A stretch of 60,633 nucleotides of DNA, filler included, from Nemertoderma westbladi (lineage: Eukaryota > Animalia > Xenacoelomorpha): assembly GCA_032718475.1 (NCBI GenBank). It is 3 parts of 3 records of this genome, joined end to end, with 100 filler letters (N's around TTAATTAATTAA, not from the genome) between each part and the next. Parts side by side here need not be neighbours in the genome. Positions count along the whole stretch, not along the records: positions 1 to 26,499 come from JAUCBJ010000921.1; 2 more parts are not named here. One strand, written 5' to 3'. Positions within the stretch are counted from its first letter, which is position 1. The number at the start of each line of letters is the position of its first letter. This document shows positions 1-12,784 of this stretch, piece by piece. The notes under the pieces are model-generated. The model was not told where the DNA came from, ran no database searches, and saw only the letters and a program-made list of their open reading frames with translations. A program made the position numbers and the translations under genes.

Positions 1-2430
1 CCAAATGTCTCTATCTATGTGCCGTATGTATCTGTCTGTGCCATATGTCTCCGTCTATGCGCCGTATGTCTCTGTCTATGTGCCGAATGTCTCCATCTAT
101 GTGCCGTATGTCTCCGTCTATGTGCCGTATGTGCCAATGTCTCCATCTATGCGCCATTTGTCTCCGTCTATGTACCGTATGTCTCCATCTATGTGTCATA
201 TGTCTCCGTCTATGTGCCATATGTCTCCGTCTATGTACCGTATGTCTCCATCTATGTGTCATATGTCTCCGTCTATGTACCGTATGTCTCCATCTATGTG
301 TCGTATGTCTCCATTAATGTGCCGTATGTCTCCGTCTATGTGCCGTATGTCTCTGTCTATGTGCCATATGTCTCCGTCTATGTACCGTATGTCTCCATCT
401 ATGTGTCGTATGTCTCCGTCTATGTGCCATATGTCTCTGTCTATGTGCCATATGTCTCCATCTATGTACCGTATGTCTCCATCTATTGTCGTATGTCTCC
501 GTCTATGTGCCGTATGTCTCCGTCTATGTGCCGTATCTCTCCGTCTATGTGTCGAATGTCTCCGTCTATGTGCCGTATGTCTCCGTCAATGTACCGTATG
601 TCTCTTTCTATGTGCCATATGTCTCCGTCTATGTACCGTATGTCTCCATCTATGTGTCGTATGTCTCCGTCTATGTGCCGTATGTCTCCGTCTATGTTCC
701 GTATCTCCCCGTCTATGTGCCGAATGTCTCCGTCTATGTGTCGTATGTCTCCGTCTATGTGCTGTATGTCTCCGTCTATGCGCCGTATGTCTCCATCTAT
801 GTGCCGTATGTATCCGTCTATGTGCCATATGTATCCGTCTATGTGCCATATGTCTCCGTCTATGCGCCATATGTATCCGTCTATGTGCCGAATGTCTCCA
901 TCTATGTGCCGTATGTCTCTGTCTATGCGCTGTATGTCTCCGTCTATGTGCCATATGTCTCCGTCTATACGCCGTATGTCTCCGTCTGTGCCGTATGTGC
1001 CAATATCTCTGTCTATACGCCGTATGTCTCCGTCTATGTGCCGAATGTCTCTATCTATGTGCCGTATGTATCCGTCTATGCGCCGTATGTCTCCGTCTAT
1101 GCGCCGTATGTCTCCGTCTATGTGCCGTATGTATCCGTCTGTGCCATATGTATCCGTCTATGCGCCGTATGTCTCTGTCTAGGAGCCGTATGTCTCCATC
1201 TATGTGCCGTATGTCTCCGTCTATGCGCCGTATGTCTCCGTCTATGTGCCGTATGTCTCCGTCTATGTGCCGAATGTCTCAATCTATGTGCCGTATGTCT
1301 CCGTCTATGCGCCGTATGTCTCTGTCTATGTGCCGTATGTCTCTGTCTATGTGCCATATGTCTCTGTTTATGCGCCGTATGTCTCCATCTATGTGCCGTA
1401 TGTGCCAATGTCTCCATCTATGCGCCGTATGTCTCCATCTATGTGCCGTATGTCTCCGTCTATGCGCCGTATGTATCCGTCTATGTGCCATATGTATCCG
1501 TCTATGTGCCATATGTCTCCGTCTATGCGCCATATGTATCCGTCTATGTGCCGAATGTCTCCATCTATGTGCCGTATGTCTCTGTCTATGCGTCGTATGT
1601 CTCCGTCTAGGTGCCATATGTCTCCGTCTATACGCCGTATGTCTCCGTCTATGTGCCGTATGTGCCAATATCTCTGTCTATACGCCGTATGTCTCCGTCT
1701 ATGTGGCCGTATGTATCCGTCTGTGCCATATGTATCCGTCTATGCGCCGTATGTCTCTGCCTAGGAGCCGTATGTCTCCATCTATGTGCCGTATGTCTCC
1801 GTCTATGCGCCGTATGTCTCCGTCTATGTGCCGAATGTCTCAATCTATGTGCCGTATGTCTCCATCTATGCGCCGTATGTCTCTGTCTATGTGCCATATG
1901 TCTCTGTTTATGCACCGTATGTCTCCATATATGTGCCGTATGTGCCAATGTCTCCATCTATGCGCCATATGTCTCCGTCTATGTGCCGAATATCTCCATC
2001 TATGTGCCGTATGTCTCTGTCTATGCGCCGTATGTCTCCGTCTAGGTGCCATATGTCTCCGTCTATACGCCGTATGTCTCCGTCTATGTGCCGTATGTGC
2101 CAATATCTCTGTCTATACGCCGTATGTCTCCGTCTATGCGCCGTATGTATCCATCTATGTGCCATATGTCTCCGTCTATTCGCCGTATGTCTCTGTCTGT
2201 GTGCCGAATGTCTCCATTTATGTGCCGTATATCTCCGTCTATGCGCCGTATGTCTCCGTCTATGTGCCGAATGTCTCAATCTATGTGCCGTATGTCTCCG
2301 TCTATGCGCCGTATGTCTCTGTCTATGTGCCATATGTCTCTGTTTATGCGCCGTATGTCTCCATCTATGTGCCGTATGTGCCAATGTCTCCATCTATGTG
2401 CCGTATGTCTCCGTCTATGTGCCGTATGTC
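1..2430. repeat. 21-bp minisatellite (consensus GTATGTCTCCGTCTATGTGCC), ~115 copies, runs off the window start
   Basis: Tandem periodicity seen directly; the ORFs over it are 7-aa repeats (MSPSMCR / VSVYVPY / CAVCLRL) in several frames. Confidence 0.97.
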
Positions 2431-2607
2431 TCGGTCTAGATCTTGTTACAATTAGATTTCACTATATTTCATTACTAGAAAAATAAGCCCAAAAAGTTTA
2501 CCTTAAATAAAATACAGTAAAAACAGTGAAGGCAATGAAAAACCAATTATTACGGGTGAAATGATTCGCACCTTTTTTTTACTCTATTTATTAATATTTT
2601 ATCAAAG

Positions 2608-3648
2608 GAAGAAGCTGATCATGAAACATCATTCGCTTTAGATAATTTGTATAAGAAATTAATTTACCAACAAGTTTATGATTGCGGAGTCGATTCATCT
2701 TGCATGGCGGATATAATACGAACGAGAACAGAATTTATTAAATTAAATAATAAGATAGACGAATTGCGAGATCGCCACGTACCGTGTCGTCTTAACGATT
2801 ACAGTATTCGGAAAGAGAATCATTATATCTCACCGAATAAACATATTGGACTCGACGGGAAGGTGATGTGTGAGTCTACCAGAGAGGGGGAATGGTTGTT
2901 AATCCAACGGCGACAACAAACAATCCTCTGGGACCACGACAGGTCAGGGAGGAAAGGGGAGGGAGTCTTCCACATTGATTCTTATAGAAGATACAACCTT
3001 GATTTCGATAGAAATTGGATGAATTACACAGACGGATTTGGAGAAATTAGTCACGGTTTTGCAGAAATTAAAGCTGGTAGTTTTTGGCTCGGATTGGAAA
3101 CCATTAGTAAACTCAGCCGCGGTGGTGTCCGTCTCCGTATAGACCTTACTTACGAAAGTGACCCCTTTCTTTTGTATAAAACAAAAATAGGAACATATAT
3201 CGTGAAGCGTGGTTACGCTGAATATGGTAATTTCAGTGTTGGCAACGCGGCTACTAATTATGAGTTGCACGTCGGTAATTACAGCGGCGATATCGGAGAT
3301 AGTTTAAACATTGAAGATGAAAGATACAGTAGAGAAAGTGTCAATGGTTTTCCATTCTCAACACTAGATCACGACACAGATTCCTGCGTTTCTGTTTACA
3401 ACGGCAGTTTATCCTGTAACTGCGCGACTAAGAGGGTCGGTGGATGGTGGTACAACGATTGTACGCAGGCCAACCTCAACGCGCGGTATTCCTGTCCTGA
3501 TGCTGGTCTGTCACAATGCGCTCAAATGGGTTTTAGGAAAAGCGGCTCAGAAAATTCCACCAATTTGGGACCAACTTGGACTACATGGGGTCGGGCGCAG
3601 CATGTTCCACTTGCGCAGATCGAGATTAAGATTTTGATGGTCTATTAA
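2608..3648 (+). CDS. Fibrinogen C-terminal domain (FReD/FBG) protein, terminal exon
   Basis: FBG motifs GEWLLIQRR, FDRNWMNYTDGFG, FWLGLETIS, YAEYGNFSV..YELHVGNYSGDIGDSL, NGFPFSTLDHD, GGWWYNDCTQANLN. The frame is open back to an AG at 2606-2607 after a T-rich tract (alternative AG 2640-2641). Stop at 3646-3648, AATAAA near 3676. Confidence 0.9.
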   Translation, partial: EEADHETSFALDNLYKKLIYQQVYDCGVDSSCMADIIRTRTEFIKLNNKIDELRDRHVPCRLNDYSIRKENHYISPNKHIGLDGKVMCESTREGEWLLIQRRQQTILWDHDRSGRKGEGVFHIDSYRRYNLDFDRNWMNYTDGFGEISHGFAEIKAGSFWLGLETISKLSRGGVRLRIDLTYESDPFLLYKTKIGTYIVKRGYAEYGNFSVGNAATNYELHVGNYSGDIGDSLNIEDERYSRESVNGFPFSTLDHDTDSCVSVYNGSLSCNCATKRVGGWWYNDCTQANLNARYSCPDAGLSQCAQMGFRKSGSENSTNLGPTWTTWGRAQHVPLAQIEIKILMVY

Positions 3649-3945
3649 TAATTAGGTAAGTTATTTTAATTCAGAAATAAATTTACATAATAATAATTAT
3701 TCATCACATAGGAAAAATAACTAATTAACCTTTATATTAACCTTTGCTGAAAAGAGTAAGGCCCATGTGAAGAATACCACACTTTCTGCCGTTATATTTC
3801 ACTTTGCAGTTACCCCCATGTGAAGAATACCAGGTTTTCACCAAAAACACAGTTTACAGAAGGGCTGAATCTAACCAAAACAATAAACGAATTAGTATAT
3901 GTACAGGTTATATGACAGAAAAAAGCGCTATAAAACACTTAATAA

Positions 3946-4598
3946 TGTAAGCGGATTCAATTCCACTTCATTACCCACTAGAAAATGGGACTAGTGGCAT
4001 TTTACCAATATGTTGGGGATACGAGATTACCAATATTAATCTCGTATCATAACCAACATTGGTGGGGGGGGGGGGGGGGGCGACACAAGCCCAAAGCCAC
4101 AGAGAAAGGTGAGAGGTCAAACCTCCTCGGAGGGAAGGCAGCTAGTAGAGGCTAGCAGCGGAGGGGAAACACTCCCAGGGAGTGCCAAAGTGACAAGTAG
4201 TATATTAGCCAATAGTGGGGAGGGAAGCACGTGATAGGGAACAGGAAAGCATCCATTGGGTAGAGGGCTAAAGTAGAGTAGGTGGTAAACCAATATTCAA
4301 TGTATTAATCATATATTATCTTACATTACTGGTTTACCGGTCAGTTGTGTTATTCAGTTCAGTTAGTGCAGACCGGTCATAGTTAATGACCGCCACCGCC
4401 ATACTGGTAACAATTAATCTGTATTTTCTGCTCATATTCAATTGACGTGCTATTATCGTCCATATTAATTAATATTGAGAGACAGCAGAAACTTTCACTG
4501 TTTTCCCAAACGGCCTCGGCCAAAGCTAGTAGCACGATCTCCAGCAGAATGATGACGCGTACATTTCTAACCCGGTCGGGATCTCCGATCCCGTCACA
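3946..4598 (+). repeat. 5' LTR (653 bp)
   Basis: TGTAAGCGG...CCGTCACA, repeated at 17364-17996. By-eye comparison gives ~19 substitutions plus a ~20-bp indel (~3% divergence). CCAAT boxes, a TATA-like TATATTAT near 4312 and an Inr-like TCAGTT at 4341-4346. Confidence 0.96.
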
Positions 4599-4608
4599 GT
4601 CATTAACT
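4599..4608 (+). promoter_or_regulatory. Non-canonical primer-binding site (GTCATTAACT), candidate self-priming site
   Basis: Abuts the LTR end, lacks the TGG of tRNA-primed PBSs, and is the exact reverse complement of LTR positions 4381-4390 (AGTTAATGAC). Confidence 0.6.
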
Positions 4609-4754
4609 TTACCACCTGCCAATAAACTGTGACTGCAGAGAATAGAGAGAAGGAAAGATGGTGGAACAATTATCAGATGGTCTGACAATTATCTGATTAT
4701 CAGAGGGAGAGAGGACGCCGCCGCGGACCCCGGACGATACCAACCAAACGATCT

Positions 4755-7700
4755 GTGAGGCCACGACGAGATGGTATCGGCCTGCCATGCTGGATTCGCC
4801 AACAAAAGATGATCCGGCTGCCCAAGCGGAGGGCGGGCATCAACCACGAGAGGGAGACGAGTCGACGCACGATGGCGGTCGGAGTACCTAATTCGCCAGC
4901 CAGCCACAGGCCGAGGGCGATGGACGGCCCACCGGAACGGCGATGGTGGGGCCGCCGGTATGATGCCGGACGAGGAGAGGAGGCGGAGTCGGCAAAGAGG
5001 ATGTCGGGATGAGTGATCGGCTACGACGGGCCTACAACGCCACCAAGAGGTTACTTAAGGAGGCCAAAGAAGGGAGAAAGGTAGACCAGCCTAAACTACA
5101 TCAGAGGCTAGGTGAGTCGAATAAACATTTTCGATATTTAGTCCATTTTGGACAGGGAGAACTGGCGAGTGAGAGAGTGAGGGGGGTCGCCACGGAACTG
5201 TTTGAATTGTGGCGGTCCGGGGTAATGGAGCCTGAAGTAGTGTATGTAGGGCCTTACTTAGTGGATGCTAGGGGAATTAAGTTAGTGGGTTGGGCGGACC
5301 GGCCGACGGCGAACCCGAGGTTAACCCCAAGGATTCGGTGTCGTCGGTTAGCGAGAACCCCAGAAACCGGGGGAAAGTTAGTAGGACAGAGAGACGACGG
5401 GAGTCTGTCGCGACCGATAAATCCGCTACATCCTCCGCAAAAGAAAGAAGGGTGTTAGAGATAGATCTGGCGTGTCAACTAGACCTTGTGGCGCTGGATC
5501 AGCAGGAGTTGGAGAGGCAACTGGACAAGGGAACCGTGCTATTAGAGAAAGAGAGAGAGAGTTAGCAAGGGGATGTAGAGAGAGAGCCAAGAGGGTGGCA
5601 AGAAACTGTAGGGAGCGGGAAGAGAGAGAGATAAACAAGCGCGAGGAGCGGGAGGCGAGAATAGAGAACGAGCGCAAGGAGCGAGAAGCGAAAGAGACAG
5701 CGAGGGTAGAGAGAATAGAGAATGAACGTAGAGAGCGGGAGGCGAGAATAGAGAACAAGCGTAGAGAGTGAGAAGCGAGAGAGGCAGCGAGGGTAGAGAG
5801 AGAAACAAATGAGCGTAGAGAGCGGGAGGCGAGAGAGGCAGAGTTAGTGAACCAAAGTTTGCGAGAGGATAGAGGGAGAGAGAGAGCGGGAAAGCGTATG
5901 CGGGATGATATGCATACCCGGTTAAGGGGGCTTATGCAATACCAGGCAAAGCAAAAGCGCCGATTAGAACTGGCGCAGTTGTGATTATCTGAGAGTGAGG
6001 CTGGCTCGGGTAGTATTTACGAGGAGCCAGAAGTAATGGAAACGTTTGTTAATACCCCACTTACAGGCACCGGGCGACAGACCCAGGACTGGTGTAACCG
6101 TACGGGCGGGGGGGGGATTGATTCAAATGTGCAAAATAATGATATTAATTCAAATGTACAAAATAATCCAAATAATAATTTTAATTTAAACGCACAAAAT
6201 AATCCAAATAATAATATTAATTTAAACGGATAAAATAATCCACATAATTATAATTTAAATATACAAAATACTCCAAATAATAGCCCTAACTCTGAGCAAA
6301 ATAATTTAAATAATTTAGATAACAATATTATTGAGAACGGTGCTATTAATACGAATGTAGGGGACACAGGTGGTCCAGCCAGCGAGAGTCTGCAAGGCCA
6401 CGTAGTTACGCAGGGAGTAGCGGGGGTGAGTCAACCCGACGGGAGTGCAAGGCCACGCAGTCGCACAGGGAGAGGCGGGGGTGAGTAGACCCAGCCGGAG
6501 TAGAGACAATGCGTCAACTAGAGAGGGGCATAGAAGCGAAGTAGGAGGTAGTGAAGTAAGAAGTGGAGAATGGGGGGGGGGGGGTCTACGGGCACCCCAC
6601 CACGAGAGATTAGTGGCGAGAGGGGGGGGGGGGGAGGCAGAGAATGCCCTACAAGCGTCGGCGGATAATGCGCGTGGTGAGTTAGATGAACCACCGCACC
6701 CGACGACGGAGAATAGTAGGGGGATTGCGAGTATCCCCAGGAGCGTCCAACCGGCTAGAGAGAGAGAGGTTGGCGTCGTGAGCGGGCGAGTGACAAGACG
6801 TCGAGCCCAGTCGGAAGACGGAAGAAGAACAGTGGAGTTTAACCGGGAGGTCGAAGAGAGATCTCATGAGCGGGAGCGCTACACTGAAGAGAGAAGAAGT
6901 GAAGAGAATAGAAGAAGCGTTGCTATGAGCAACTGGAGAGCGAGGACGGACAGTGAACCGTTGGTGGCAGAGATGGAGTTAGAGAGTCAGTGGGGTCGAA
7001 CTCCGGGAGATTGCCGTCGCCCCGGAGAGACGCAGCCTGGCGAGATATACCATACGCCGGGAGAAGGGTACAGGATGTACCAGTACGAGGACGAGAACAG
7101 GAGAGGGGATCGAAGAGAAACTTTACAACGGGATATAGCTGCCAATCGAGAGTACGGTAGTTGCGGGGATGACTTCTTGGAATATTTGAGAAGATTAAAC
7201 TTCGGTCCGGAAGGACACAGGCAGACTGCAGGACATGCTGTAGGCCTTACTGCACATACTATAGGCCATGCTGGAAGAGATAGTGTAGGCGATAGGGTAG
7301 CGCGGACAACAGGATTAGACCCGGAGGTCGCGGCGTACATACCAGTAGGTAGGCAAGAAGTTGATAGGCCTATACCGGTACCTACACACCAGTATGTCTA
7401 TAATATGCAGGGATATAACATATACCCAGGGGAGGGGGGAGTTATTGCCGATAGGTGTGTGGGCCCCAATATATTAACATCAACCCCAGTACCAAACACA
7501 ACACCGGTGGGGGGGGGGGGGGGGGGGGGGAAGGGTGACATTCCCCCATTACAATATCAGCAATACACTCAGCCGAGAATAATAACACTGAACCCCCTGG
7601 ACCAGAACAGATCGTGCGATACAGAGATATGGAGGGGGCCGTTACCCCCAATGATATATCCGACACAGAAAAAATCAACAGGCCCAATGGGCGGACCGCA

Positions 7701-8830
7701 CCCAACAACAGGAGAGTCTGTACAGCATCCGTCGAACCCATTGGAAGCACAGGCGATGGGTATGGCAACACTCATTGATGCGCTTAAGACCAGGTTCGAG
7801 CTGCCACCAGTGGAGCCGTTTAAATTCGATGGAAGCAGACCGGAAGAATACCTGCAATTCCGACGCATCTACAGTAATGAAATATTAACTAAGAATCTGA
7901 CACAGGCGGAGTGCCTAAAATATCTACAAGTTTACACAGGGGCCCAGCGTACGATATCGTGAGGCAGTATCAAGGTATCGAGGGTGGCTTCACGACTGCA
8001 TGGCGGGCCCTAGACAGGGAATACAGAAACCCTGCCAAGATCATCAGGCAGACCTTGAGGGGAATAACATGGGTGGCCTACAGGATAACCCTGTTAGTAT
8101 AAAGACTTTCGCGAATAAGGTCGAGAAGGAGCTGATCGTGCTAAAGACCTTGGATGCGCCACACGAACTCAACGCATTGAATAACATCACCACGATAGCG
8201 CAGGCACTGCCAATCTGGCTACGGAACAAATGGAGGAAGATCGCCTTCTCCACCCGGGAGAAGAAAGGTGCGGAACCGGGCCTAGAGAAAATGTCGAACT
8301 TCCTCAATTATGAAGCAGAGTTGATCACGGACCCAGTCAACAGCGAGGATAGTCTGGGGAGGGCGCCGAAGACCGAATATAACAAACCGAAACCAGAACA
8401 TAGTACGGCAAATGCATTACCAAAGCTCAGACAATCGCTACCATATGCGATGACGCAGGGGACTGCTAGTCCACAGATAGCTGGGGGTAGGGCCATACCA
8501 TGGCATGGACAGGGACAAAATAACAACACAAATAAATACAACCCCAACATGCCCAGTAGGCCAAACCCAAATAACAAGAACAGTAGAGAACTAAGTATGA
8601 ACGTACATGCGATACGCAGCGCACTGTATAGGGAAGGCTATAATCCGAGAAACAAATGCCAATTACATTCGAACGCACTTCATCAGACCATGAACTGCAG
8701 GTACTGGCAAACGTTACCCAAACAAGATCAGATAGAATACGCGATCAAAAGTGGAATCTGTCATCGATGTGTGGCGGGCGGACACAAGGCTGAACAATGC
8801 AAAGAGATACCAATTAAATTCGGTCAAGGC
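4755..8830 (+). pseudogene. gag: BEL/Pao gag (frameshifted, with stops)
   Basis: Charged coiled-coil repeats (EREARIENE); BEL gag core LPPVEPFKFDGSRPEEYLQF..LKYL..AWRALDREY..ALPIWLRNKW; Cys/His knuckles CQLH..H..C and CHRCVAGGHKAEQC. Spread over ORFs 5009, 5472, 6445, 7911 and 8000; the 5' boundary is uncertain. Confidence 0.85.
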
Positions 8831-8879
8831 AAAGGCCAAACGATGGCGACAAGCACCGTAGGAGCGAAGAAAAGGGGAA

Positions 8880-11800
8880 CGGTACTACTCGGGGTGGTAC
8901 CGGTGAGGGTAATAGGAGAGGGCGGTCGATCAGTTACCACATTGATGCTGGTCGATAGCAGAGCAGCCTTAACATTGGTGGAGAATTGGGTGGCCGAGAA
9001 GATGGGGTTACAGACGAGGCCGAGCAGGATGGCGGTAACTACTATCTCGAGCAAGGATGAGGTCCTGGAGATGAGGATGAGAAGGTGCGAGATATCAGCA
9101 ATAGCACCGGGATGTGACATAAATGCCAGGCGACCAACTAACATCGAGGTCGAGCAATACAGATTCCTGGACGAAATCGATTTCTCGATACCGGAAGTGG
9201 ACGTCCCAAAGGTATCCATCATAGTGGGGATGGACTGTCTGACGGCCCACGAGAGAGTACGAACAATCTTCGGAGAGGACAGACAGCGTGATCCAATGGC
9301 AGTTCTCACACCGTTCGGCCGGATGGACGCTTAGCGGCCCAATCAAAACCAAGATTCCATTTAGGATGTCAGAGACATCGGGGTGCATGTTCGCGGGGAC
9401 CATGAGGGAGATGGAGGATGAAGGAGCAGAGGAGCAGCGCAAGAGGCTATTAAGACAAGACTTCGAAGGATTAAAGGAGGCCGGGATCGGAACCTCGGTG
9501 GAGGATATACAAGCAATAGAAAGTGTGAAGGAGTCGATGAAGTGCAACGAGGGATGGTACACCATAGGCATGGTGTAGAAACAACCAAAACTACCGTTGC
9601 CTGACAATAAAGGGATGGCATTCACAAGGCTTCGCAAACTGAAGCAAACACTCAAACGGAGCCCCGAGAAGGATGAGTACATCCATAAGACAATAAAGAA
9701 ATACGTGGAAAAGGGATGGGCCGTGGAGTTACCGGTCGACGAACCGAACACGGACAGGACCTACTACCTGCCACTTCAAGTGGCTTTAGACCCAAAGAAG
9801 GGTAAACTGCGGATGGTGGTTGACGCATCGGCCAAAACGAATGGCAAGAGCCTAAACGACTATCTGCTGGAGGGCCCGAACATCTACAACTCGGGGATAG
9901 AGGTCTTGTTGAGATTTAGGAATGGGAGGCACGCCTTCACGTGCGACATCGAAGGCATGTTCAACCAAGTCCGTGTGACGGAGGAGGACAGTGACAGCCA
10001 GCGCTTCCTATGGTACAATGGCAACGAAGAACTGTATGCGATACCGATGTACAAAATGGTGGTGCAAAACATGGGGGCCAAGTCGTCCTCATTTACGACG
10101 ACTATGGCTGTAAGAGATACGGTAGAGGGGAAAGAGGGAGAGTATAGTGCCAAGCCGATCGACATGATTCGACGCGGTTTCTATGTAGATGATGGGATCG
10201 GATCTGGAAACACGGTTGAAGAAATACTGGAGATAGGGTGCGAGGTTTGCGACATCCTAAAGGGATCCGGATTCAACCTGACTAAGTTCCAGTCCAGCTC
10301 AGAGGAGTTCATGAAAGCCATAGAAGACAGGCGGCCAGAGTCGACCATGGACAACCCCACAACAGCGAAGGGACAGGACATGGCGAACAAGAGAGTGGAG
10401 TCTCAGCAGAAGGCGCTGGGAATTGTGTGGAACCGGGAGACGGATGAGTTGGAGTATCAACTAAGCCAGGAGGGCGCAGAGATCCACACAAAGTGAGGCT
10501 ATGTTTCGTACATAGCGAGGATATATGATCCCTTAGGCCTAGCATCCTCATTGTTAGTCACAGGGAAGCAGATACTAAAGAAAGTATACAAGTTGAAGGA
10601 CAAGTGGGATACGGAGGTCCCGGAAGAAATAAGCAAACAGTGGAGTAAGTGGACGGGAAGTTTAGAACAGATGGGGACAGTACACCATGCCACGCGTGTA
10701 TTTCCCGGACAGGGACATGACGGACCTGGACCTACACATGTTCTCCGATGCATCTCTGGAAGCATACAGAGCGGTACTTTATCTGGTACAGCGAAAGGGG
10801 GCTCACAAGCCCAGACTTGCATTTAGTAAAGCAAAGTCGATGCCACCAGATTCAGCATCAGTCCCGAAACTCGAGTTGACAGCTGCGAGGTTAGGAGTGA
10901 GGGCCACAGCCTACTTGATGGACACTATACCCAACATAGTGGAGACACACTACTGTACAGACTCCATGGTAGTGCTAGGGTGGCTGCATAACGAGAAGAC
11001 GAGATACCCTATATTCATCGCGAATAGGGTAGACGAGATAAGGGCGATGACTGACCTAGATAGGTGGCATGGCATTACTGCCCTACCGACAACAATCCAG
11101 CAGATTTGTTATCAAGGGGCGTGGCACGCCACACTTTCTCGAAGAAGGAAGTGTTGTGGCAGCACGGGCCGCACTTCCTGAACGATAGATCAGCCTGGCC
11201 ACCAATGAGGAAGGTGGACCCGGGCTCAGAAGAAGTAGTACCAGAAGAAGAGGGGGAAGATTCAGAAGGGGAAGAGATATACAGCCAGATGGTGAGGGAG
11301 ATCAAGGAGGTGCCACCGAAATCAGAAGAACCATGCGACAACCCGACGGATAGGTTGCTCAGTTACAGCTCCAGCTGGTATAAGACCAAGAAGTTGGTAG
11401 CGTATTGGAGGGCCTATGGGGATTTCCTTAGGGAAGTTGGCAAGGATGCCAAAAGGAAACCAAACATCGACCTGGAAGGAGCGGCTAAAGCCGTAATACA
11501 GTACGAGCAGAGAAAGAACTACGCCGACAAAGTGGATAGAGTTAGCAATCAACAACACCTTCGTCGAGATAGCGAGCTCAACACGCTGTCCCCACAGTTA
11601 AACGATGATGGGATTCTGGTGATGAATTCCAGAGTGGTGAACAACAACAGCTTAGTTATCCCACCAAAACCCATAATCATCCCTAACAAATCACCGATAG
11701 TCCACCAGATCATTTGGGACTCGCACAAGTCGATACTACATGGAGGCACGAATCAGACCCTCACAAAGATACGGAGAACATTCTGGATCACACAGTTAAG

Positions 11801-12784
11801 GAAGAAGGTGAAGGCGGTAGTGGGGCTGTGCCAGACCTGCTGACAGGCGAGAAAGGAGAGGGCTGTACAGGAGATGGCGCCATTACCGGCCTATAGAGTG
11901 AGACAACACGACCCGCCATTCACGCACTGCGGCATAGACATGTTAGGGCCGATTAAGATTAAGGTGATGCGATACATGGAGAAACGCTACGGCATTATCT
12001 TCTTATGCAACAACACGAGGGCAGTAGGAATAGAACTCGTGCAGGACGCTACGGCATCGGCATTTATTAATGCCTTAGAGAGATTTAGAGACCGCAAAGG
12101 GGGAACAATCGTGGTGATTTATTCAGATAATGGGACCAACTTCGTTGGAGCAGAGAACGAGTTGGCCGATGCCTTCGACATCCTAGAGGGAGACGATGTC
12201 AGGGCAGCTATGAGGAGACGGCAAGTGAAGTGGGAAAGGAGGACGCCATACGCGCCACATACCTTAGGATGTGTAGAGAGACTTGTGGGAAGTTCTAAGC
12301 GTTTAATGATGAAGTTGATGAACACCCACATGGTCACAGAGGACATACTAAGAACGGTGCTAGTCATTAATAGCAGACTGCTATATCCGGAGAATGACGA
12401 CCCAGAATCACTGGACGTGCTAACACCGGGACACTTTCTGATCACTCTTTCTGATCACGGGATCACTGACACTCCGGCGACCATCGACATGCGGGGAGAT
12501 TATATTGGAGGAGATGGGTAGAGGAATATTTTCCCACATTACACAGGAGGAGTAAGTGGAGAAACACCACTAGGGAACTAAAGAAGGGTGACTTGGTAAT
12601 CGTCACTGACGACACAATTATCAATAACCAGTGGAGGCTAGCGAGAGTGGTAGATACTTACCCCAACGAGGACGGAAGAGTCTGGTTGGTGGAAGTGAGA
12701 ATAGGAGGCAAGATAGGAGCAAAGGACAGGAAGACCTACAGGAGGGCTGTAGGAAAGTGCTGCCTACTAGAAGGGGCACCTTAG
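8880..12784 (+). pseudogene. pol: BEL/Pao pol: aspartic protease, RT, RNase H, integrase (disrupted)
   Basis: Protease LVDSRAALTLV (~8950); RT KLRMVVDASA..SLNDYLLEGP..DIEGMFNQV..FYVDD (~10185); RNase H FSDAS..PKLELTAA..TDSMVVLGWL; integrase H..ILHGG..CQTC, DMLGP, SDNGTNF, VERLV; C-terminal WRLARVVDTYPNEDGRV. Several stops and frameshifts. Confidence 0.95.

Noticed and set aside
5-2486. Long ORFs (816 aa and others) over the 21-bp repeat
   Set aside because: Open in all three plus frames only because the unit lacks stop codons; frames swap at indels and there are no domain features.
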